Shown here: positions 1 through 9,589 of the stretch, in pieces
How positions within the stretch are numbered: the stretch's first letter is position 1
Layout of the letters: every line of letters begins with the position of its first letter
Source: Oceanispirochaeta sp.
GTDB taxonomy: Bacteria; Spirochaetota; Spirochaetia; DSM-2461
Direction: 5' to 3'
DNA length: 64,000 nt
NCBI GenBank assembly: GCA_963663385.2
Contig: CAXXXD010000004.1
Coordinates: 1,056,001-1,120,000, forward strand
Program-made: the position numbers and the translations under genes
The notes under the pieces: generated by a model
Told to the model about the DNA's origin: nothing
The model's input: only the letters and a program-made list of their open reading frames with translations
Database searches by the model: none

Positions 1-1615
1 GATCTGTCAGGGAGAACTGGTGCCAGTAGGCTGACTGAATCAAACCGGCCTGAAACATCTGACGGATTGTTTCCAGGGCATCTATCAGTTCCTGTTCATT
101 TTGACCGGGAAAGCCGTACATCAGGTAGCTGTGAACCATAATATCGGCATCCCGGAATGCTCTGGTAACTTCCACAACCTGTTTTACCGTTACCCCCTTA
201 TCCATCAGTTCCAGCATCCTGTCCGATGCCACTTCCAGGCCCCCGGAGACCGCGATACATCCCGATCGGGCCAGAAGGCGGCAGAGATCCGGAGTAAACT
301 GTTTTTCGTAGCGTATATTGGTCCACCAGGATACATTCATCCGGCGGCTCAGCAGCTCCAGGGCAAGTTCTTTCATCAGCCTGGGAGGAGCCGCTTCATC
401 TATAAAATGGAACCCCCTGTATCCGGTCTGTTCCAGAAGCTGTTCCATCTGATCTGCAATAACTTTCGCCGATGCCGGTTCATAGCGGCCTATGTAATCC
501 AGGGATGTATCGCAGAAAGCACAGCGATGCCAGTAGCAGCCGTGGGCCAGCATCATTTTTATCCAGGGCCCTTCGCTCCAGAGACGGTGCATGGGGTTCT
601 CCCTGTCCGAGAGGGACAGGTAAAAGTGCAGGGGAAGATCGGAATAGTCCGGCGCGGGTCTGTCACTGTGGCGGCACACTTCTCCTTCTGAATCGCTATA
701 GTAGAAAACATCCTTTTCCATATAGTAGGTTCTGACCAGCTTATCCGGGTTGAATTCTTTTCCCTGCATCTTATTCTGCAGCTGTTCTGTCAGGGCAGTC
801 ATGGCATCTTCCCCGTCATCCAGGGTGATGTAGTGGAAATAATCCATAATCCTGGAATCGTCCAGTTCCCTGAGTTCCGTGTTTATATACCCGCCGCCGG
901 CGCAGATTTTAATGGAGGGGTACTCTTCCCGGATGAACCGGGCCCCCTTGAGAGCCTGAAGAAGGTTTCCGGGAAAGGGGATGGAAAAGCCGACGAGATC
1001 AGGTTTGAATTCCCTGATATGCTCATTCAGAATAAGCACATGGTTCCTGTCTACAATCCCTTCGCTGTACTGGCAGAGGATATCCAGATTATCAAAGGAG
1101 GGGGGCGAAAGAGCCAGTTGTTCGGCATAGCGGCTGAATCCGAAATCCTCATCCACTACCCTGTTGATATAGTCTCCCAGATCTTCCAGGTAGAGGGTAC
1201 TGCGGTACCTGGCCAGATCGGTTATCCCCATCTTTCCGAAGGAATCATCATCCGGATTGTTCAGTATGAACCTTTCTCCTTCGGGAAGGTAGCCGGGCCG
1301 TGCCAGCAGGGTGGCAAGGCTGTTGTCCTGTCCCTGAAGGAAGCTGATAACCCCGTCGATTGTTTCAAGGTAACGGTCCTTCATATTGCGGATCCTGCGA
1401 ACAGAATCGGGTTCCTGTTCCGGAGTCAGTTCTGATGGCAGTTCGAAAATCTCTTCCAGACCGCTGCGGGAGAAGAGGGAGAGGAATACCTCCAGACCGG
1501 TATCCGCCTGACGGACCTGATGTCCTTCTTTCGTCAGCCAGGCTTTTAAAAAGGCTGTGGCCGGATAGGGGGTATTCAGTTGGCAGAAGGGGGGGGTGAC
1601 AAGTAGTATTTTCAT
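1..1615 (-). CDS. B12-binding domain radical SAM protein (3' end beyond left edge)
   Basis: Absent from the ORF track. Hand translation from ATG at 1615 gives MKILLVTPPFCQLNTPYPATAFLKAWL... with CYWHRCAFC (CxxxCxxC), HFIDEAAPP and SGGLEVAS; the frame stays open to base 1. Confidence 0.85.
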   Translation of the reverse strand, partial: MKILLVTPPFCQLNTPYPATAFLKAWLTKEGHQVRQADTGLEVFLSLFSRSGLEEIFELPSELTPEQEPDSVRRIRNMKDRYLETIDGVISFLQGQDNSLATLLARPGYLPEGERFILNNPDDDSFGKMGITDLARYRSTLYLEDLGDYINRVVDEDFGFSRYAEQLALSPPSFDNLDILCQYSEGIVDRNHVLILNEHIREFKPDLVGFSIPFPGNLLQALKGARFIREEYPSIKICAGGGYINTELRELDDSRIMDYFHYITLDDGEDAMTALTEQLQNKMQGKEFNPDKLVRTYYMEKDVFYYSDSEGEVCRHSDRPAPDYSDLPLHFYLSLSDRENPMHRLWSEGPWIKMMLAHGCYWHRCAFCDTSLDYIGRYEPASAKVIADQMEQLLEQTGYRGFHFIDEAAPPRLMKELALELLSRRMNVSWWTNIRYEKQFTPDLCRLLARSGCIAVSGGLEVASDRMLELMDKGVTVKQVVEVTRAFRDADIMVHSYLMYGFPGQNEQELIDALETIRQMFQAGLIQSAYWHQFSLTD

Positions 1616-1618
1616 ATT

Positions 1619-2122
1619 TTATCTGTTTAATGAAACTCCCGCACTGATCCGGTGACCGATTTCGTCTCCAAAGGTAAGGGAGTACTGGAAATAGCTGAAG
1701 AGAGCGTTAAGCCTTATTCCGGCAGTCGGATAGCTTCTGGTTTCGGCTGACTCTTCCTCTACAATGATGTCCTGAAACTCAATTCCTCCCAGAATGGTAA
1801 AGGTTATAAGTTTAAGTGCACTGATTTTCGCATAGGCCAGGGGGATATGGCTGTTCATGCTGACACTTAAACCGCTGAGGTCTTCATCAAACGCCCAGTT
1901 ATGGGCAAAACAGTACTCGCCCCCTAAGGATAAAAGAGGAAGAACTCCATAACCGATTCCCCCGAACAGGGATAATCCTATGGAAAATTCCGGGTGAACC
2001 GAGTCGTTTCCCGGAAAATAGCCATTATACCCGCCGCCCAGATGATAGTCCAAAGCCTCTGCATGTATAATGGAGGCTGACACTGTGAACAGTATAGCCA
2101 GAATAAAGGTACGCTTTTTCAT
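1619..2122 (-). CDS. Exported protein, probable small outer-membrane beta-barrel
   Basis: Signal peptide, alternating aromatic/Gly beta-strand pattern, overlaps the upstream gene stop. Confidence 0.6.
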   Translation of the reverse strand: MKKRTFILAILFTVSASIIHAEALDYHLGGGYNGYFPGNDSVHPEFSIGLSLFGGIGYGVLPLLSLGGEYCFAHNWAFDEDLSGLSVSMNSHIPLAYAKISALKLITFTILGGIEFQDIIVEEESAETRSYPTAGIRLNALFSYFQYSLTFGDEIGHRISAGVSLNR

Positions 2123-3396
2123 CTTCCTCTTCCTCTCTCAAGGCCGATCTGTCTGGTCTTCTCCCTGTAAGTATAAAGCATATCCTCCTCAAAATCTTCA
2201 TTGGAGGCATACTCCCGGCCGAAAACACCTTTCCAGAGGGATGGATCTTCCATACAGAGATAGAAGTAAACCCTGCCGTGCCAGGGGCTGAAAGCCTGAT
2301 ACCCTTCCCGGAAAATCTCTTCTTTCAACGCAAGGGGGTAGGACCATTTACCTGCCGCTTCTTCCAGGGGCATCTGCAGTATCTTTGTTTTAATGGGGCG
2401 TTTGCGTAACAGTTTCAGCACAGGTTTGATAAATGTAAGGGTGCCCATGGAAACTGTAACAACTTCTTCCGGGGAAAAACGGGATATCAGGTCACGGATC
2501 ATCTCCCTGTATTCTTCTTTCCAGTTTTTGTACCAGACCATGGGATGAAGGTGAAATCCTACGGGAATCCCTCTGTCAGCTACTGCGCGGGCCGCTTTGA
2601 GTCTGTTCTCCAGGGAGGCTGTCAGTCTCTCTTCCGATCGGATAACCGTTTGTGTATTAAGCGACCACGTAACAAGAACATTTGAAGGAACATCCAGCTT
2701 CAGAAGATCCGCAATATTATCAGACTTCGTCTTCAGTTCCAGTATGACATTGGGATTTTTCCGGGCAAAAGCAATCAGCTCCTCCAGCAAACCTTCCCTG
2801 TTTCCCCACATAAGGGAATCCGAAGACTGTCCTGTGCCTATATGCCAGGTTTTATCCGGATCCAGATCAAGGACAGCCAGTTTCTCTTTCAGATCCTTAT
2901 GAAACAGGATGTGATCATCATGGTAGAAGGACTGGATGGAACAGTAGGAGCAGTCGAAACCGCAATTAATGACAGCATCCAGTGTTTTAAGCTGACAACA
3001 GCGGGTTTTAGCTGAAGCCACCGGGCAGTCCCCCAGTATGGTCCGGTTATCCTCGAGGGCCAGAAAGCCCGGGGTATTGCTTTTTACCGCTTCGGTGCGA
3101 AAATGACTGTAGTCTTTGGGGGTCTCTTTCAGGGAATCCCACTCTTTCCGCAGCTGTCTGAAAAGCCTGCCCTTTTCGTTCCGGTTGCCTCTCATTTCAG
3201 GATTATCCTCTTTCCACAGGGAGGACAGGAAACCTTCATCCCAGGTCTCCAGATCACGGGCAATACGTATGAGTATCCGGATCTCCTGATGGCTGAGCTG
3301 CCAGTTCCGATCCAGTTCTTCCAGGAAAATTCTGTTTTCTTCTGTCAGGAGACGGTATTCCCCGTCTTCCAGAAATTGTGCTAATTTATTTGACAT
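2119..3396 (-). CDS. Spore photoproduct lyase-like (SplB family) radical SAM protein
   Basis: NCGFDCSYC motif, GTGQSSDSL, ELKTKS, WSLN, ERLTASLENRL. Start moved to MSNK (3396) to avoid overlap with the divergent rluA. Confidence 0.8.
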   Translation of the reverse strand: MSNKLAQFLEDGEYRLLTEENRIFLEELDRNWQLSHQEIRILIRIARDLETWDEGFLSSLWKEDNPEMRGNRNEKGRLFRQLRKEWDSLKETPKDYSHFRTEAVKSNTPGFLALEDNRTILGDCPVASAKTRCCQLKTLDAVINCGFDCSYCSIQSFYHDDHILFHKDLKEKLAVLDLDPDKTWHIGTGQSSDSLMWGNREGLLEELIAFARKNPNVILELKTKSDNIADLLKLDVPSNVLVTWSLNTQTVIRSEERLTASLENRLKAARAVADRGIPVGFHLHPMVWYKNWKEEYREMIRDLISRFSPEEVVTVSMGTLTFIKPVLKLLRKRPIKTKILQMPLEEAAGKWSYPLALKEEIFREGYQAFSPWHGRVYFYLCMEDPSLWKGVFGREYASNEDFEEDMLYTYREKTRQIGLERGRGR

Positions 3397-3429
3397 AGTT
3401 ATGAATGATACTACAGGAAAGCTTTTCCA

Positions 3430-4047
3430 ATGGAAATAATATACCGGGATGAATCCCTGATTATCTCTGAAAAACCGGCCGGTCTGCTCAGTGTTCCAGG
3501 CCGGGGGCCGGAAAAGGCGGATTGTCACTACTCCCGTCTTGCGGAAAAGATCCCGGACCTGAGGGTTGTTCACCGTCTGGATCAGGCCACCTCGGGGCTT
3601 ATGGTATGGGCTGTCGGTATTGAAGTTCAGAGAAATCTAAGCCGGCAGTTTGAGAAACGGCTGGTAAAAAAAGCCTATGAAGCTCTTGTCCTGGGGGTTC
3701 TTCCCGGAAAAAGCGGACGGATCAGTTTAAAACAGAGACTGGATCCGGATAACAGGCCCAGGCAGATAATCGATCCGGAACTGGGTAAAGAGGGGGTAAC
3801 GGACTGGGATTTTACAGGAGTCGATCCTCACGGTCTTCAGCGGGTACGCCTCTACCCGCAAACAGGCCGGACTCATCAGCTGCGGCTTCATCTCTCTTTC
3901 CTCAACTGTCCTATTGCCGGAGATACTCTATATGGAGAGGGGGGTGATGACCGCTTCGGGCGGATGTGCCTTCATGCCTGTTTCCTTGAGTTCATTCATC
4001 CTTTGAGCGGAGAGAAAATGGCTTTTCGGTCGAAAGTGCCATTCTGA
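3430..4047 (+). CDS. rluA: RluA-family pseudouridine synthase
   Basis: KPAGLLS, HRLDQATSG, TGRTHQLR, PIAGDTLYG, LHA motifs. Confidence 0.9.
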   Translation: MEIIYRDESLIISEKPAGLLSVPGRGPEKADCHYSRLAEKIPDLRVVHRLDQATSGLMVWAVGIEVQRNLSRQFEKRLVKKAYEALVLGVLPGKSGRISLKQRLDPDNRPRQIIDPELGKEGVTDWDFTGVDPHGLQRVRLYPQTGRTHQLRLHLSFLNCPIAGDTLYGEGGDDRFGRMCLHACFLEFIHPLSGEKMAFRSKVPF

Positions 4048-4054
4048 TTTTCTT

Positions 4055-4726
4055 CTAATCCAGGAATCCTTCTTCCTCGACATATTTCCGGGCCATTTCC
4101 AGGTCTTTCGGATCGATCAGAGGGGCATACCTGTCCAGAAAGTCATGGTCATATTTGGCTGCGCACCAGAGTAGGCTCCAGACGGAGTTGTTTTTTACAT
4201 CTCCCAGTTCCTTGTATATCCGGTAAACCTTCAGGTAGGACTTCAGGATCTCTTCCGTTTCAATGTCGGAATAGATATCCCCATTGCCCAGGCGGTTATA
4301 GATATCGATGATTTCCCTGGGGAATATCAGATCGGGATCATCGGAACGCATGTCGTTCCTGACGTATAAATCCGGCCAGAGGAAAATATCATCCCAGTAA
4401 TAACCGGTTACCAGAGAGAAGGATTCTCCCTCTTCAACAGTATGATGGCCTGTTACAAACCGTTCCGGTGCGGATGGTTCTGCCGGAGGAGCCGGCTTAA
4501 AAGCGGGGGGCTCCGGTTGTGCTGTCTCTTCTGCTGCTGCCGTTTCGGGTTGTTCTGTCTGGTTCCTGCCTTTATCCGTGCTTTTCCCGGGCGACTGGAC
4601 CATAACCGCATCATTTCTGCTGCTGATTTTATCGTGCTGCATATTGATATAGAAATAGGCACCAAGCAGCAGTATCAGCAGGAAGAAGAGGATAAAGAGT
4701 GTATTGCGAAGAGGTTTTCTTTCCAT
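4055..4726 (-). CDS. Membrane-anchored LysM peptidoglycan-binding protein
   Basis: N-terminal TM helix, Pro/Ala/Glu linker, HTVEEGESFS...WPDLYVRN...DPDLIFP LysM-like segment. Confidence 0.7.
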   Translation of the reverse strand: MERKPLRNTLFILFFLLILLLGAYFYINMQHDKISSRNDAVMVQSPGKSTDKGRNQTEQPETAAAEETAQPEPPAFKPAPPAEPSAPERFVTGHHTVEEGESFSLVTGYYWDDIFLWPDLYVRNDMRSDDPDLIFPREIIDIYNRLGNGDIYSDIETEEILKSYLKVYRIYKELGDVKNNSVWSLLWCAAKYDHDFLDRYAPLIDPKDLEMARKYVEEEGFLD

Positions 4727-4836
4727 CTCATTTAATTATCGGTGATTTCGGGGTAAAAATGAATATTTTGGTTTGGGATTTTTGATAAAAAAAGCCAGCA
4801 AAGCGCCTGATCTCATTGTATCCGGTGGGGATTGCT

Positions 4837-4868
4837 GTAGAGACGGGTCTGATTAAACCCTCCTCTAC
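4837..4868. repeat. GTAG-type REP-like imperfect palindrome
   Basis: GTAGAGACGGGT-ctgattaa-ACCCTCCTCTAC; starts with GTAG and ends with CTAC. Confidence 0.6.
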
Positions 4869-4903
4869 CGGTTATATTTAAAACTTGTTCGCCATCCCTT
4901 CGG

Positions 4904-5388
4904 GACGCGGAGGTTGGCATTTCTTTACTGATCAGTCCTTGAATGCTTTATGTTCTTTCTAACTTACTCTCCGTTGATTGCAATCAACCTCCGTCTCTAC
5001 GAGACGCGGAGGTTGGCATTTCTTTACTGATCAGTCCTTGAATGCTTTATGTTCTTTCTAACTTACTCTCCGTTGATTGCAATCAACCTCCGTCTCTACG
5101 AGACGCGGAGGTTGGCATTTCCTTACTGATCAGTCCTTTAATGCTTTATGTTCTTTCTAATTTACTCTCCGTTGATTGCAATCAACCTCCGTCTCTACGA
5201 GACGCGGAGGTTGGCATTTCTTTACTGATCAGTCCTTGAATGCTTTATGTTCTTTCTAACTTACTCTCCGTTGATTGCAATCAACCTCCGTCTCTACGAG
5301 ACGCGGAGGTTGGCATTTCCTTACTGATCAGTCCTTTAATGCTTTATGTTCTTTCTAACTTACTCTCCGTTGATTGCAATCAACCTCC
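4904..5388. repeat. 99-bp tandem repeat array, about 4.9 copies
   Basis: Units start at 4904, 5003, 5102, 5201 and 5300, with only 3 variable positions. Each carries the palindromes ACTGATCAGT and GTTGATTGCAATCAAC; the junction hairpin is CAACCTCCGTCTC-TAC-GAGACG(CG)GAGGTTG. Confidence 0.97.
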
Positions 5389-6049
5389 ACCCCTCTCTGT
5401 ATTCTCGGAAGTAGAAGATATGGGCTTCTCCGGGGAAGCCGATCTCTTTTTTGAATATATTGACGCCTTCCGGGGTGAGGTTGAGCTTTACGGTCCAGGC
5501 GGTCCCCTCTTTTTTGATAAAGTAGCGGTTGAAGCTGTAGATCAGGCTGGGATCTGTTGAGTCCAGAGGATATTTTTCAAAGGCTGCATTCAGGTATTTT
5601 TCGACTTCTTCTTTTGAAACACCCTGATCAAATCCGGGAAGGTAGAGTCTGGTACTAAGGAGGGAGATAACCTGGGAGGTATTCTCTGTAAATATACCTC
5701 TCAGGAGTTTTGAGAAGTAGTAGCGGACGGCAGAAGGCTCTGTTCCGCCGGGCCGTACAGGGACGGCTGCCTGCTGCTGAACGGCGGCGCTGTCCGGTTC
5801 CACCGCAGGTGCCAGTTTTCCAGATGCCCGGGATGCTTCTATTTCCGGGTAAACCTCAAGGGCAATTGCCCGGAAGGCGGCTGCCTTGTCGGATTCTCCC
5901 ATTTTTTTATAGTTTTCGGAAACCGCAAGATAGGCATCGGCAATCATGAGCCGCTCCGATTCGGGATAGGAGTCATAAAAGTTCTCAGCTGCTGCAGAAA
6001 AAGTGAGGCAAGTCAGTAGTAATATCGTAATCAGATGTCTCTTAATCAT
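5360..6049 (-). CDS. Secreted hypothetical protein (TPR-like helix pair, possible NTF2-like C-terminus)
   Basis: GGGAG RBS before ATG 6049, signal peptide MIKRHLITILLLTCLTFSAAA, ends EGWRLIAINGE; the last 29 nt lie inside the repeat array. Confidence 0.7.
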   Translation of the reverse strand: MIKRHLITILLLTCLTFSAAAENFYDSYPESERLMIADAYLAVSENYKKMGESDKAAAFRAIALEVYPEIEASRASGKLAPAVEPDSAAVQQQAAVPVRPGGTEPSAVRYYFSKLLRGIFTENTSQVISLLSTRLYLPGFDQGVSKEEVEKYLNAAFEKYPLDSTDPSLIYSFNRYFIKKEGTAWTVKLNLTPEGVNIFKKEIGFPGEAHIFYFREYREGWRLIAINGE

Positions 6050-6249
6050 TGTTTCTCTCCCGTTTATGGATGTTCCTTGGTATCTTACCATAAATATAAT
6101 CCTGTTAGCTTTAAAAGTAAATCATCAAGCAGTGATGAACACTCTCTTTCGCTATGGAGGAATCATTCCAGGCATTCCCTGCGGATTATAAGAGCTCATA
6201 AGCAGGATTTACGTTGATAGGATGAGAAAAAATCAGTACATTAATATGT

Positions 6250-6564
6250 ATGGCAGAAGGACAAAATCGCTTTGATGGTGAAATACTTGAGAAAGTGGAA
6301 GAAGGACTGAAAGAACCCGCCATGTACAGGGTTCTTTTACTGAATGATGATTATACAACACAGGATTTTGTAGTGGAGATACTGGTTACCGTTTTTCACA
6401 AACAGCCTGTAGACGCTACCAGAATCATGCTGGATGTACATAAAAAGGGCCGGGGAATTGTCGGTCTTTACCCCTACGATATCGCTTCGACAAAAGTTCA
6501 TCAGGTTAAAGAGATGGCGAAACAGAGGGAATTCCCTCTCAAGTGCGTAATGGAGAAAGCCTGA
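6250..6564 (+). CDS. clpS: ATP-dependent Clp protease adaptor ClpS
   Basis: YRVLLLNDDYT, IMLDVHKKGRG, EFPLKC. Confidence 0.95.
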   Translation: MAEGQNRFDGEILEKVEEGLKEPAMYRVLLLNDDYTTQDFVVEILVTVFHKQPVDATRIMLDVHKKGRGIVGLYPYDIASTKVHQVKEMAKQREFPLKCVMEKA

Positions 6565-6566
6565 GT

Positions 6567-8849
6567 ATGGATATCAGCCAGGAATTGCAGATAATAGTCA
6601 ATACGGCCTACCAGGAAGCCCGTAGCAGGAATCATGAGTATTTTACTCCCGAGCATCTCCTCTATACTTCAATGGAATTTACCGATCCCAGAGACCTGAT
6701 TGAATTCTGCGGAGCCGATCCGGATGAGATTAAAGTGGATCTTGAGGAGTATTTCTCCCGGTACATCTCTTCTGTATCCGGACCGGAACCCATTCAGACC
6801 GAAGGGCTTCAGAATGTGATCGAACGCAGTATGCTCCATATGACATCCGCAGGAAAGGATACCATAGAAATTGGAGATATCCTGATATCGATCCTGGATG
6901 AACCTGACAGTTTTGCTGCGTATTATATGAGAAAGTCCGGCGTGAGCCGCATGGACCTTCTGACAGCTGTTTCCCGGATGAAGAGGGACGCGGAGCTCGA
7001 TTATCCCGATGGGGAGGAAAATCCTGAAGACTTTGATGATTTTTCCGATCCTCAGACCCAGAGAGAGAAGAAGAAAAAAAACAAGTCGGCCCTTGATGCC
7101 TATACAACAGACCTGACTGCTCTGGCACAAAAGGGTAAACTGGAGCCCTTAATCGGACGCGAGGATATCCTTGAAAGGACTATTCAGGTTCTGAGCCGCC
7201 GGTTGAAAAACAATCCCGTACATGTGGGGGATCCCGGAGTCGGCAAAACCGCTATCACAGAAGGACTGGCCTGGCGGATTTATCAGGAGGAGGTCCCGAC
7301 TTTTCTGAAGGGCGCCAGGATCTTTTCGCTGGATATGGGAAGCCTGCTGGCCGGAACCCGTTACAGGGGCGATTTTGAAGAGAGGATAAAGCGGGTCCTG
7401 AAGGAACTGGAAGATATTGATAATGTTATCCTGTTTATCGATGAGATCCATACGATTATAGGAGCCGGTTCGGTTTCGGGCGGCAGTATGGATGCCAGTA
7501 ATCTGCTGAAACCTGCCCTGGTGAGGGGAAAACTCCGCTGTATAGGTTCCACCACCTACGACGAGTTTAAAAAGCATTTTGAAAAAGACCATGCCCTTGC
7601 CCGGCGTTTTCAGAAAATCGATGTGCCCGAAACGACTGTGGAGGAAACAAAGGAAATTCTGAAGGGACTGCAGAAGGTATATGAGGAACACCATGGTGTA
7701 ATCTATACGGAAGAAGCGATTGAGGCTGCTGTAACCCTGTCAGATCTTTATATTAATGAAAAACACCTGCCCGACAAGGCTATAGACCTGATAGACGAGG
7801 CGGGAGCCTGGAAGCGTCTGCAGGCAGAGAAAGAGGGGACCGCCGGAGAGGACCAGACCATTACGGACAGGGATGTGGAAAAGGTTGTTTCCACTATCGC
7901 CCGTATACCGGAAAAGAGTGTCTCTGCCAATGAAACTGACCGTCTGCGCGATCTGGACAGCGCTTTGAAAAAGAATCTCTTCGGTCAGGATGAAGCGGTG
8001 GATGCGGTTACCCTGGCAATCAGACGTTCCCGCGCGGGGTTCCGGCAGGAGAATAAGCCGATTGCCTCTTTTCTGTTTGTCGGTCCCACAGGAGTTGGAA
8101 AAACCGAGCTGGCAAGACTGCTGGCTTCCGAACTGGGGGTTTCCCTGCATCGGATTGATATGAGCGAATACCAGGAGAAACATACGGTCTCCCGCCTGAT
8201 CGGTTCGCCTCCGGGTTATGTAGGCTATGAAGAGGGGGGGCTGTTAACCGATACGATTCGCAAGAACCCCCATGCGGTTCTGCTCCTGGATGAAATTGAG
8301 AAAGCCCATCCGGATGTGTTCAATATCCTTCTGCAGATGATGGATTATGCCACGGTTACGGATAATATGGGGAGAAAGGCGGATTTCCGTCACGCCGTCA
8401 TTATTATGACTTCCAATGCGGGAGCCAGGGATATCGGAAAAGCCGTAATCGGGTTCGGAGATGAGACCATATCCACCGAAGCCGTAAACAGTGCTGTGAA
8501 CCGGATTTTTACTCCCGAGTTCAGAAACCGGCTGGATAAAATTATCAATTTCCACGGTCTGCCCGATGAAGTTGTACAGTCCATTGTCCGTAAGGAACTG
8601 AAAGCCTTTGAAGCTCAGCTCTCCGTCCGGGATGTTACCCTTGAAGTCTCGGACGAGTGTGTCCGATGGCTGGCTGAAAACGGCTACTCAAGGGAGTACG
8701 GGGCCCGTAATATCTCCCGGCTTGTGGATGATAAACTGAAAACCTTCTTTGTGGATCAGGTTCTTTTCGGAGATCTTTCCGGAGGGGGAAAAGCCTTTGC
8801 GGATATAAAGGACGACGATATTGTTATAGAGGTTCGGCAGGGTGAGTGA
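6567..8849 (+). CDS. clpA: ATP-dependent Clp protease ATP-binding subunit ClpA
   Basis: Clp N domain and two AAA modules ([26 protein letters not shown]), no ClpB middle domain, follows clpS; start set to ATG 6567. Confidence 0.95.
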   Translation: MDISQELQIIVNTAYQEARSRNHEYFTPEHLLYTSMEFTDPRDLIEFCGADPDEIKVDLEEYFSRYISSVSGPEPIQTEGLQNVIERSMLHMTSAGKDTIEIGDILISILDEPDSFAAYYMRKSGVSRMDLLTAVSRMKRDAELDYPDGEENPEDFDDFSDPQTQREKKKKNKSALDAYTTDLTALAQKGKLEPLIGREDILERTIQVLSRRLKNNPVHVGDPGVGKTAITEGLAWRIYQEEVPTFLKGARIFSLDMGSLLAGTRYRGDFEERIKRVLKELEDIDNVILFIDEIHTIIGAGSVSGGSMDASNLLKPALVRGKLRCIGSTTYDEFKKHFEKDHALARRFQKIDVPETTVEETKEILKGLQKVYEEHHGVIYTEEAIEAAVTLSDLYINEKHLPDKAIDLIDEAGAWKRLQAEKEGTAGEDQTITDRDVEKVVSTIARIPEKSVSANETDRLRDLDSALKKNLFGQDEAVDAVTLAIRRSRAGFRQENKPIASFLFVGPTGVGKTELARLLASELGVSLHRIDMSEYQEKHTVSRLIGSPPGYVGYEEGGLLTDTIRKNPHAVLLLDEIEKAHPDVFNILLQMMDYATVTDNMGRKADFRHAVIIMTSNAGARDIGKAVIGFGDETISTEAVNSAVNRIFTPEFRNRLDKIINFHGLPDEVVQSIVRKELKAFEAQLSVRDVTLEVSDECVRWLAENGYSREYGARNISRLVDDKLKTFFVDQVLFGDLSGGGKAFADIKDDDIVIEVRQGE

Positions 8850-9588
8850 TGACGCCTTCCCCTGGCTGGAAGTGCAGGACTTCTTTCCTTTTCCGCCCCC
8901 TGACAGCTGGGACGATGATATTGTCGGAGTGGGAGGCAATCTCTCTCCGGGGATGCTGATTTCAGCCTACGCCCAGGGGATCTTCCCCTGGTTCAACGAG
9001 GGAGAGGATATACTGTGGTGGAGTCTGGACCCGCGGTTTATTCTCTATCCGGGGAATCTGAAAATCTCCAAAAGCATGAAAAGGCTTATCAGATCCGGTC
9101 GTTTCACTCTCTCCGTAGACCGGGACTTTCCAGCAGTTATTTCCAGTTGCGGCACTGCATCAAGGAAGGGTGAGGACGGAACCTGGATCAGCGGCGATAT
9201 GAAAGAGGCCTATACCCGTCTGCATGATCTGGGATTTGCCCATTCCGTGGAAGTCCGGGAGCAGGGGGAACTGGCAGGAGGCTTGTACGGGATCTCTCTG
9301 GGGAGCTGTTTTTTCGGTGAATCCATGTTTGCCCGCCGTCCGAATGCATCAAAAACCGCTCTGATAGCCCTGACGCTCTGGCTGGAGGAACAGGGGTTCC
9401 CTTTTATCGACTGCCAGCAGCATACAGAGCATCTGGGGTCTATGGGAGCAGTGGATATAGACCGCGCCGTTTTTCTGAAGGAGTTGAAGAAGGCTCTTCA
9501 GGTTCCGACTATCCGGGGAAACTGGAGTGAGCTTTTTCCCGGCTTCCCCGATTCCTCCCGTTGGCAGTACCTGAAAGGGGACAGATAA
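8842..9588 (+). CDS. aat: Leucyl/phenylalanyl-tRNA--protein transferase
   Basis: AYAQGIFPW, WWSLDPR, HSVEV, GGLYG, FFGESMF, IDCQQ. Confidence 0.95.
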   Translation: MSDDAFPWLEVQDFFPFPPPDSWDDDIVGVGGNLSPGMLISAYAQGIFPWFNEGEDILWWSLDPRFILYPGNLKISKSMKRLIRSGRFTLSVDRDFPAVISSCGTASRKGEDGTWISGDMKEAYTRLHDLGFAHSVEVREQGELAGGLYGISLGSCFFGESMFARRPNASKTALIALTLWLEEQGFPFIDCQQHTEHLGSMGAVDIDRAVFLKELKKALQVPTIRGNWSELFPGFPDSSRWQYLKGDR

Positions 9589-9589
9589 T

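Noticed and set aside
101..1599. Plus-strand ORFs in the track
   Set aside because: Antisense shadows of the minus-strand radical SAM gene.
4904..5388. CRISPR array, integron attC array or type III antitoxin array
   Set aside because: Units are identical end to end with no unique spacers or cassette ORFs, there is no cas, intI or toxin gene nearby, and the 99-bp period is too long for known type III antitoxin repeats.
5042..5560. Plus-strand repeat ORFs (MLYVLSNLL...)
   Set aside because: No RBS; they arise from the 99-bp period and overlap a better minus-strand gene.
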